This document shows, in pieces, positions 1-6,831 of a stretch of 24,000 nt of DNA (its first letter is position 1; every line of letters starts with the position of its first letter). This stretch comes from an uncultured Rhodospirillaceae bacterium (GTDB lineage: Bacteria; Pseudomonadota; Alphaproteobacteria; Dongiales; Dongiaceae), in NCBI GenBank assembly GCA_964569315.1, contig CAZMUZ010000018.1:6835-30834 (forward strand), read 5' to 3'. Position numbers and translations under genes: made by a program. The notes beneath the pieces are model-generated. The model worked only from the letters and a program-made list of their open reading frames with translations, was not told the DNA's origin and searched no databases.

Positions 1-1
1 C

Positions 2-490
2 ATGCATACGCAGCCCGGCAAGGGCGGCGCCTATCTTCAGGTCGAGCTCAAGGACATCCGCGACGGGACCAAGCTCAACGAGCGCTTCCGTTCGAGCGAA
101 ACGGTGGAGCGCGTGCGGCTCGACGAGAAGGAATACCAGTTCCTCTTCGCCGACGGCGATCTCTTTACCTTCATGGACAGCGACACCTTCGAGCAGATCA
201 CGCTTGCCGAGGAGCTGATCGGCGAACCCGCGGTCTTCCTGCAGGATGGCATGGTGGTGACGGTCGAGAGCTACGAGGGGAGCCCGATCAGCGTCGAGCT
301 GCCGGAGACGGTGATCATGCAGATCGTCGAGGCCGACCCGGTGGTGAAGGGCCAGACGGCGGCCTCCTCCTACAAGCCGGCGAAGCTTTCGAACGGGGTT
401 CGCGTGATGGTGCCGCCGCATGTCGAGTCCGGCACCCGCATCGTCGTCAACACCGCCGACTCGAGCTACGTCGAGCGGGCCAAGGACTGA
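2..490 (+). CDS. efp: Translation elongation factor P, N-terminus cut by the window edge
   Basis: The ORF is open to the window start. The translation contains the EF-P loop QPGKGGA and the C-terminal pattern [27 protein letters not shown]. Stop TGA at 488-490. Confidence 0.9.
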   Translation: MHTQPGKGGAYLQVELKDIRDGTKLNERFRSSETVERVRLDEKEYQFLFADGDLFTFMDSDTFEQITLAEELIGEPAVFLQDGMVVTVESYEGSPISVELPETVIMQIVEADPVVKGQTAASSYKPAKLSNGVRVMVPPHVESGTRIVVNTADSSYVERAKD

Positions 491-546
491 GCGCGCAAGC
501 GCCGTCCGTCCAAGCCGGCATTTCGCGGGGGAACAACAGGAATCCG

Positions 547-1368
547 ATGGCCGTCCGTTCGCCCGCGATCAATGTGATGATGAAGGCGGCAGACCGCGCC
601 GCGCGCGGCCTGCGCCGCGATTTCGGCGAGGTCGAGCATCTGCAGGTCTCGCCGAAGGGGCCCGGCGATTTCGTCAGCACCGCCGACCTCAAGGCCGAGC
701 GGATCCTGCGCGAGGAGCTCGGCAAGGCACGACCCGGCTACGGCTTCCTCATGGAGGAAAGCGGCGAGACCGCCGGCAGCGACGGCGAGCATCGCTGGAT
801 CGTCGATCCGCTCGACGGCACCACGAACTTCCTCCACGGCATTCCCCATTTCGCCATCTCGATCGGGCTCGAGCGCGCGGGCGAGATCGTCGCGGCCCTC
901 ATTCTCGATCCGATCAAGGACGAGCGCTACTGGGCCGAGAAGGGCACCGGCGCCTTCCTCAACGACCGGCGCATCCGCGTGTCCGGACGCAGGCGGCTCG
1001 CCGATGCGCTGCTCGCGACCGGCATCCCCTTCGCGGTCCATGGCGACCATGCGCGGTTCGGCGCGGAGCTGGCCGCCGTCATGCCCGCCGTTTCGGGGGT
1101 ACGCCGCCTCGGCGCCGCCTCGCTCGATCTCGCCTATGTCGCGGCCGGCCGCTACGAGGGGTTTTGGGAGCGCGGCCTTTCGCCCTGGGACGTGGCGGCG
1201 GGGCTGCTGATCGTCCGCGAAGCGGGCGGCTATGTCAGCGAGATCGAGGCCGAAGGCAACCCGGTCGTCACCGGCAATGTCCTGGCAGCCAACGACCATC
1301 TCCATGGCGAGATCGCGCGGCTGCTGACCGGCCGCGTCGCTTGGTCGCGGCCCGCGCCCTCCGCCTGA
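547..1368 (+). CDS. suhB: Inositol monophosphatase family protein (SuhB-like)
   Basis: ATG at 547 with AGGA 6 nt upstream. IMPase motifs WIVDPLDGTTNF and WDVAAGLLIVREAGG are present. 273 aa. Confidence 0.85.
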   Translation: MAVRSPAINVMMKAADRAARGLRRDFGEVEHLQVSPKGPGDFVSTADLKAERILREELGKARPGYGFLMEESGETAGSDGEHRWIVDPLDGTTNFLHGIPHFAISIGLERAGEIVAALILDPIKDERYWAEKGTGAFLNDRRIRVSGRRRLADALLATGIPFAVHGDHARFGAELAAVMPAVSGVRRLGAASLDLAYVAAGRYEGFWERGLSPWDVAAGLLIVREAGGYVSEIEAEGNPVVTGNVLAANDHLHGEIARLLTGRVAWSRPAPSA

Positions 1369-1394
1369 GGCCGGGCCGGCGCCGGGCAAGCCGG

Positions 1395-1423
1395 TTGTTC
1401 GCCCCCGACCGCTTGATTATAGT
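1395..1423 (+). promoter_or_regulatory. Candidate sigma70-type promoter for the ompA-like/motA-like/motB-like cluster
   Basis: TTGTTC (1395-1400), a 17-nt spacer, then TATAGT (1418-1423). It lies in the only AT-rich patch between suhB and the ATG at 1461. Pattern match only. Confidence 0.35.
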
Positions 1424-1460
1424 TTTGATTCTGTTGGCAGAACCCTGGGGCAGGCGGCGC

Positions 1461-2846
1461 ATGCGCGATCTCGGCAATCGATTCGCAGACCGGTGGTCCC
1501 TGCCCGTCGCCGCGCTTCGACGTCGCGGGCTCGCGGCGGCCCTCGTCACGGCCGGACTGCTTCCCGCCCTGCCGGCGGCGGCGCAGCAATATATCACCGC
1601 CGACCGCAACGTGATCATCGACTATGGCGCGCTCGAGAATCTGGGACCGTCGCCGACCGGCCCGGTCGTGATCGGCGGCCCGGCCACTTACGGGAATCCC
1701 TACCCGGCCGGTAGTAGCGCGCCGCTGCCGGCGCCCGCCACGGCGCCGAACAGCATGGCCTTCGTGCCGAAGCCCTTCGTGCCCGGACCGATCGCGCCGG
1801 TGAAGCGCACCCAGAGCACCACGACCGAGGCAAGCCCGCCGGCGCCGGCGCCCGCTTCCACCGCCGCGGCCGCGGTGACGCCACCGCCGCCGCCCGCGCC
1901 GGCACCGGCGCCCGTGCCACCGCTCGTGCCCTCGACGGCCGCCACGGCTCCGAACGATGCGCCGGCCGCGCCGGCAACGACCGCCTCCGAGATGCCCGCG
2001 CCGCCGGTGGTGCCGGCACCGCCCGCCGCACCTGCACCCGAGATGACGGCGACGCCGGCACCGCCCGCCGCGCCAGAATCCGGGACGGCGGCCGCGCCGG
2101 AAGCGGTTGCCGACGCCGTGCCGGAGCCGCCCGATATGCCCGCGCCGCCCGATACTCCCGCGCCGGAAGACAGCACCGTTTCCGACAGCGTGACGACCCC
2201 GACGGGCGACGTGGCGGTCACCAACAATCTCGGCGCCACCACCCCGCCGCCGCCGGAAGCGCCGCCCGTCGCGGGCTGGCCTACCGATGCAGAAACGCCG
2301 CCGCCGCCGACCGCGCCCGAGAGCCCGGTCGCCGCCGAGGTGACCGACGAGACCGTGGAGAGCGCGGACGAGGCGGCCACGGTCGACGAGGAAACCGGCG
2401 AAGCCGTCGCCGACATCGAGGAAGGCGCCGCACAGGTCGAGGCCGAAGCGGCCGAGGCGGTGGAGGACCAGGCTGCCGAGGACGAGAATGCGGATGGCGA
2501 CCAGTCCGCCGCCCTGCCGCCGGAACTGCCGGCCGGGGAATCGCTCCGCATCACCTTCGCCTCGGAATCCGCCGAGCTGCCGCCCGACATGCTGCCGCAG
2601 CTCGATCAGATCGCGGAGAAGATGCTGGGCGACGAGGCGCTCAGGCTCCAGCTCATGGCCTATGCGGCCGGCACCGAGGATACGGCCAGCAAGGCGCGGC
2701 GCATCTCGCTCTCGCGTGCGCTCGCCGTCCGAGCCTATCTCATCTCCAAGGGCATCCGCAGCTCGCGCATGGACGTGCGCGCGCTCGGCAACAATGTCGA
2801 GGGCGAACCGGCCGACCGGGTCGATCTCGTCGCCCAGACTCCTTGA
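1461..2846 (+). CDS. Secreted Pro/Ala-rich protein with a C-terminal OmpA-like peptidoglycan-binding domain
   Basis: The track ORF 420..2846 overlaps suhB. The plausible start is the in-frame ATG at 1461 (MRDLGNRF...). An N-terminal signal-like segment (RRRGLAAALVTAGLLPALPAAA/QQ) is followed by about 270 aa of P/A/T-rich low complexity and an acidic E/D/A stretch. The last ~110 aa read like an OmpA_C domain (LRITFASESAELP...ISLSRALAVRAYLISKGI...RVDLV). Confidence 0.75.
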   Translation: MRDLGNRFADRWSLPVAALRRRGLAAALVTAGLLPALPAAAQQYITADRNVIIDYGALENLGPSPTGPVVIGGPATYGNPYPAGSSAPLPAPATAPNSMAFVPKPFVPGPIAPVKRTQSTTTEASPPAPAPASTAAAAVTPPPPPAPAPAPVPPLVPSTAATAPNDAPAAPATTASEMPAPPVVPAPPAAPAPEMTATPAPPAAPESGTAAAPEAVADAVPEPPDMPAPPDTPAPEDSTVSDSVTTPTGDVAVTNNLGATTPPPPEAPPVAGWPTDAETPPPPTAPESPVAAEVTDETVESADEAATVDEETGEAVADIEEGAAQVEAEAAEAVEDQAAEDENADGDQSAALPPELPAGESLRITFASESAELPPDMLPQLDQIAEKMLGDEALRLQLMAYAAGTEDTASKARRISLSRALAVRAYLISKGIRSSRMDVRALGNNVEGEPADRVDLVAQTP

Positions 2847-2907
2847 GACCGGCGGCGCTGCGCTTGGCCGCCGATCGCGATACCGACACGGGCCCGACCG
2901 AAGCCGC

Positions 2908-4044
2908 ATGACCGAACCGCGCCGCTACCTCATCCTGATGGCGATCGGCGTTGTGGCGGCCCTGGTCATCGCGATCCTGCTGATCGGCCCGCTCGCCGAA
3001 GCCTTCGCCTACAACGCGCCGCTCAATACCGGCATCTTCATCGTGCTGGCGATCGGCATCGTCTTCATCTTCTGGCAGGTGCTGCGGCTCTATCCGGAGA
3101 TCGCCTGGATCGAGAGCTTCCGCCGCGGCCAGCTCACCGCCGCCAAGCCGCAACTGCTCGGGCCCATGGCGAGCATGATCGGCGACCGCCAGGGACGGTT
3201 GCGGCTCTCGGCCGCCGCCCTCCGTTCGCTGCTCGACGGCATCAATTCGCGGCTGTCGGAATCGCACGATATCTCGCGCTACCTCATCGCCCTGCTGGTG
3301 TTCCTCGGGCTGCTCGGGACCTTCTGGGGGCTGCTCGGCACGATCCGCGCGGTCGCCGATGCGATCGGCGGAATCTCCGTCGCCGGCGGCGCCGAGGTCT
3401 CCTCGCTCTTCGATCAGCTAAAGCAGAACCTGCAATCGCCGCTCTCCGGCATGGGCACCGCCTTCAGCTCCTCGCTCTTCGGCCTCTCGGGCTCGCTGGT
3501 GCTGGGTTTCCTCGAGCTGCAGGCGGGCCAGGCGCAGAACCGCTTCTATAACGAGCTCGAGGACTGGCTCTCGGCCCAGACCCGCCTTTCCGCGGGCGGC
3601 CCGGTCGGCGACGGGGAGCAGCCGGTGCCCGCCTATATCCAGGCGCTGCTGGAGCAGACCGCCGAGGGGTTGGAGAACCTGCAGCGCACCCTCTCCCATA
3701 CCGAGGACGCGCGGAGCGAGGCCGCCGCGGTCACCAAGTCGCTTGCCGACCGGCTCGGCCTGCTCGCCGACCAGATGCGCACCGAGCAGCATCTGATGGT
3801 GAAGATCGCCGAGAACCAGGCCGCGCTGCAGCCGGTGCTGACCCATCTCGCCGACCTGCTCGGGCGCGGCGCCTTCGGCCTCGACGACCAGAGCCGCCAG
3901 CATCTGCGCAGCCTCGACGGGCTGGCGCAGCGGCTGCTCGAGGAAGCGACCCGCGGGCGCCAGCAGACCGTCGGCGAGCTTCGCAGCGAGATCAAGCTCC
4001 TCGCCCGCACCATCGCCGCGCTCGCCGAGGGCGAGCGCCAGTAG
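2908..4044 (+). CDS. MotA/TolQ/ExbB-family proton-channel-like membrane protein with a long C-terminal helical tail
   Basis: In-frame ATG at 2908 (MTEPRRYLILMAIG...), 61 nt after the upstream stop. Four hydrophobic segments are present. TM3 FLGLLGTFWGLLGTI resembles the TolQ/ExbB GLxGTVxG motif, and TM4 is MGTAFSSSLFGLSGSLVLGF. About 175 C-terminal residues (from ~3514) are charged, Leu/Ala/Gln-rich and heptad-like. Confidence 0.75.
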   Translation: MTEPRRYLILMAIGVVAALVIAILLIGPLAEAFAYNAPLNTGIFIVLAIGIVFIFWQVLRLYPEIAWIESFRRGQLTAAKPQLLGPMASMIGDRQGRLRLSAAALRSLLDGINSRLSESHDISRYLIALLVFLGLLGTFWGLLGTIRAVADAIGGISVAGGAEVSSLFDQLKQNLQSPLSGMGTAFSSSLFGLSGSLVLGFLELQAGQAQNRFYNELEDWLSAQTRLSAGGPVGDGEQPVPAYIQALLEQTAEGLENLQRTLSHTEDARSEAAAVTKSLADRLGLLADQMRTEQHLMVKIAENQAALQPVLTHLADLLGRGAFGLDDQSRQHLRSLDGLAQRLLEEATRGRQQTVGELRSEIKLLARTIAALAEGERQ

Positions 4045-4057
4045 AGGCCCGCGCCCC

Positions 4058-5218
4058 ATGCCCGGCTCGATCCGCGCCCGGCGGCCCTTCGAAGTCTGGC
4101 CCGGCTATGTCGACGTGCTGTCGACCCTGCTGATGGTCGTGATCTTCGTGCTGATGGTCTTCGTCATCGCGCAGTTCTTCCTCTCGAACGCGCTTTCCGG
4201 GCGCGACCGGGCGCTGGCCGAGATCAACCGACAGGTGGCCGAGCTTTCCGAGCTCCTGGCGCTGGAGCGCTCCACCAGCTCGGAGCTCCGGCTCAATCTC
4301 GCGGAGCTTTCGAACCAGCTCCAGTCCGCCGTCACCGCCCGCGATGCGCTGCAGCGCGAGCTCATCGCCGCGACCGGCGAGCGGAACGCGCTCAGGGCGA
4401 GCGGCGCCAATGCCGACGCCAGTCTCGAGGATGCCTACAAGGTGATCGAGGCCGACAAGGCCAAGATCGAGACCCTGCTCGGGAACGTCGCCGCGCTCGA
4501 AAGCCTGCGCGATGAGCTGATGCAAAGGCTCCATGCCGAGGAAACCGAGCATGAGCGGACCGCCATCGCGGCCGACAGGCTCACCGAGGAGCAGCAGCGC
4601 GAGATCGAGATCCTGAACCGGCAGCTCACCTCGCTCCGCCAGCAGCTTGCGCGGCTCTCGGTGGCGCTCGACGTCGCCAAGACCGAGGCCGAGGCGCAGC
4701 AGGTCCAGATCGTCGATCTCGGCAAGAAGCTCAACCTGGCGCTCGCCGGCAAGGTCGAGGAGCTCGCACGCTACCGCTCGGAATTCTTCGGCCGGCTGCG
4801 CGAGGTGCTGGGCGACCGCACCGATGTGCGGATCGTCGGCGACCGCTTCGTGTTCCAGTCGGAAGTGCTGTTCGACACGGCGTCGGCCGAGCTCGGCGAG
4901 GCCGGCCGGCAGCAGCTTGCCCAGTTCGCCCGTACCCTCGTCGAGGTCGCCGCCAGATTCCCGCCGGAGATCGACTGGATCCTCCGCGTGGACGGCCACA
5001 CCGACAACCGGCCGATCAGCACGCCGCAATTCGCCTCGAACTGGGAACTTTCGACGGCGCGCGCCATCGCGGTCGTCAAGTTCCTCGAATCCCAGGGACT
5101 TCCGCCGCAGCGCCTTGCGGCCACCGGCTTCGCCGAATATCAGCCGCTTGCCTCGGGCACGGGCGAAGACGTATTCCGCCTCAATCGCCGGATCGAGCTC
5201 AAGCTCGACCAGCGCTAG
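4058..5218 (+). CDS. MotB/OmpA-family protein: N-terminal TM helix with a conserved Asp, long coiled coil, C-terminal OmpA-like peptidoglycan-binding domain
   Basis: ATG at 4058, 13 nt after the upstream stop. The N-terminus WPGYVDVLSTLLMVVIFVLMVF matches the MotB/TolR/ExbD TM pattern with its Asp. About 200 aa of coiled-coil-like sequence follow. The C-terminus reads FVFQSEVLFDTASAELGEAG...VDGHTDNRPI...NWELSTARAIAVVKFL...GFAEYQP...NRRIELKL, a classic OmpA/MotB C-domain. Confidence 0.8.
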   Translation: MPGSIRARRPFEVWPGYVDVLSTLLMVVIFVLMVFVIAQFFLSNALSGRDRALAEINRQVAELSELLALERSTSSELRLNLAELSNQLQSAVTARDALQRELIAATGERNALRASGANADASLEDAYKVIEADKAKIETLLGNVAALESLRDELMQRLHAEETEHERTAIAADRLTEEQQREIEILNRQLTSLRQQLARLSVALDVAKTEAEAQQVQIVDLGKKLNLALAGKVEELARYRSEFFGRLREVLGDRTDVRIVGDRFVFQSEVLFDTASAELGEAGRQQLAQFARTLVEVAARFPPEIDWILRVDGHTDNRPISTPQFASNWELSTARAIAVVKFLESQGLPPQRLAATGFAEYQPLASGTGEDVFRLNRRIELKLDQR

Positions 5219-5227
5219 GAGCGTTCG

Positions 5228-6121
5228 ATGTCGGAAGCGATCCGCCGGGCGGCGGTGCTCAATATCGACATGGATCTGCTGCGGACCTTCCAAACCGTGG
5301 CGGAGCTGAACGGCGTGACCCGCGCCGCCGAGCGGCTCGGGCGCTCGCAGCCGGCGATCAGCCTGCAGCTCCAGCGCCTCGAAGGGCTGCTCGGGACCGC
5401 CCTCTTCCATCGCAACCGCCAGGGCCTGGCTTTGACCGAGGCCGGGCAGCTTCTGCATGGCTATGCGGAGCGCATCCTCGGCCTCAATGACGAGGCGATC
5501 ATCCGCCTCGTCGCGCGCAAGACGGTCGGCACCGTCAGGGTCGGGCTGCCGAACGACTATGCGGTGTCGGTGCTGCCGGAGAGCCTCGGCCGTTTCGCCG
5601 AGGCGCATCTCGATGCGAGCCTGACGGTCGGCTGCGCCCTCTCGACCGAGCTGCTGGCGGGGCTCGATGCCGGCGCCTACGACCTCGTCATCGCCATGAC
5701 CGCCGAGCCGCCGACGCGCCCGGCGATCCGGGTCTGGCGCGAGGCGCTGGTCTGGGTCGGCAAGCCGGGCACTGCGCGCGACCCGCAGGAGCCCGTGCCA
5801 CTCATCGTCTATCCCGAGGGTTGCATCTATCGCGAACGGATGGTGCGCGCCCTCAACGGGGTCGGCCGGGCCTGGCGCATGATCTATACGAGCCCGAGCC
5901 TCTCGAGCCTGATGGCGGCGGCGAAATCCGGCCTCGGCCTGACCGTGCTGTCGCGCCGCACCGTGCCGCCGGAACTGGCGCAGCTCGCACCCGGCGGCGA
6001 TCTGCCCACCCTCGAAAACGTCTGGGTGGGGCTTTATCGCGGCACGCAGAGCCTCTCGCCCGCGGCCGAGCGGCTCGCGGATTTCATCCTGAAGAGCTAC
6101 GAGCCCGAAGCGGCGCCTTGA
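5228..6121 (+). CDS. LysR-family transcriptional regulator
   Basis: ATG at 5228 with AGGAG overlapping the preceding TAG stop, leaving a 9-nt gap. HTH segment TFQTVAELNGVTRAAERLGRSQPAISLQLQRLE plus an LTTR-length substrate-binding region. 297 aa. Confidence 0.85.
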   Translation: MSEAIRRAAVLNIDMDLLRTFQTVAELNGVTRAAERLGRSQPAISLQLQRLEGLLGTALFHRNRQGLALTEAGQLLHGYAERILGLNDEAIIRLVARKTVGTVRVGLPNDYAVSVLPESLGRFAEAHLDASLTVGCALSTELLAGLDAGAYDLVIAMTAEPPTRPAIRVWREALVWVGKPGTARDPQEPVPLIVYPEGCIYRERMVRALNGVGRAWRMIYTSPSLSSLMAAAKSGLGLTVLSRRTVPPELAQLAPGGDLPTLENVWVGLYRGTQSLSPAAERLADFILKSYEPEAAP

Positions 6122-6335
6122 GCCGTTCCGCCGCCGCCCGAAGGCAAGACGGCGATGCGCGGCGCGCAGATGCCAGCGGTTCGGGAGCAGGCACGCGCCA
6201 GGACGAACCTGACCGCCTCTGTTCGACGCCGCAACCCGTCTCCTCACTCTTCGGCAACGCGTCACTTTCGAGATTCAGCATCGGCAAGGCCGCCGCTATA
6301 GTGCCGGGGCTGTATCAGTATGGAGTGTGTCTGCC

Positions 6336-6809
6336 ATGCCGTTCGTCGAGCCGACCGAGACCGATCGCCATTTCATGCGGCTTGCCCTGGCCGAAGCGCA
6401 GAAGAGCTTCGACGAGGGCGGCGTGCCCGTCGGCTCCGTCATGGTCCGCAACGGCAAGGTCTTCGCGACGGGCCAGAACCGGTTCCGCCAGACCAACGAT
6501 CCCACCTGCCATGCCGAGGTCGATTGCGTGCGCAACGGCGGCATGCAGATCGCCGGCTATGACGACGTGACGCTCTATTCCACCTTGAGCCCCTGCATGA
6601 TGTGCACGGGCGCGATGCTGTTCGTCGGCGTGCCGAAGGTGGTGATCGGCGACCGCGAGACCTATCCCGGCGACGTGGAATTCCTGGTGGCGCGCGGCCT
6701 CGAGGTCGTGCTGCTCGACGATCCGGACTGCATCCGGCTGTTGCGCCGCTTCATCCACGAGAACCAGGAATTCTGGAACGGCGTGGTGTTGGGCGGCGAC
6801 CGGGGCTGA
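6336..6809 (+). CDS. CMP/dCMP-type zinc deaminase resembling yeast Fcy1 cytosine deaminase
   Basis: The track start at 6327 is a GTG only 1 nt after GGAG. The ATG at 6336 has better spacing. Zinc motifs CHAE and PCMMC are present. Length (~157 aa) and blocks TLYSTLSPCMMCTGAM and VVLLDDPDCIRLLRRFIHENQEFW align by eye with my memory of Fcy1. Confidence 0.75.
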   Translation: MPFVEPTETDRHFMRLALAEAQKSFDEGGVPVGSVMVRNGKVFATGQNRFRQTNDPTCHAEVDCVRNGGMQIAGYDDVTLYSTLSPCMMCTGAMLFVGVPKVVIGDRETYPGDVEFLVARGLEVVLLDDPDCIRLLRRFIHENQEFWNGVVLGGDRG

Positions 6810-6831
6810 GCCCGCCCGCGTCCCCGCCGGC

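Noticed and set aside
1433-1450. Sigma54 promoter (TGGCAG...TGGGG) upstream of the OmpA-like gene
   Set aside because: The -12 element has GG where the GC dinucleotide is required at the canonical spacing from the -24 GG. It does not meet the consensus.
420-2846. 808-aa ORF taken at face value as a single giant protein
   Set aside because: Its first ~345 codons overlap suhB in another frame and translate to Arg/Pro/Gly-rich nonsense typical of GC-rich shadow frames. A signal-peptide-bearing start at 1461, downstream of a promoter-like patch, is far more plausible.
1230-2909. 559-aa minus-strand ORF (and the nested 1700..2590 and 1615..2061 ORFs) antisense to the OmpA-like gene
   Set aside because: The Arg/Gly-rich low-complexity translation mirrors the Pro/Ala-rich sense strand. 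There are no recognisable motifs. This is a classic antisense artefact of GC-rich repeats.
2908-5218. Calling the MotA-like/MotB-like pair a Zorya (ZorAB) anti-phage system
   Set aside because: The ZorA-like tail is much shorter than I recall for ZorA, and no ZorC/ZorD/ZorE-type genes follow. The neighbours are housekeeping genes. The architecture resemblance is noted in the findings, but the system call is not supported.
3992-6265. 757-aa minus-strand ORF spanning the MotB-like and LysR genes
   Set aside because: There are no domain-like motifs and the composition is dominated by Arg, Ala, Gly and Leu. It lies opposite two genes with clear family signatures and proper SD/start contexts.
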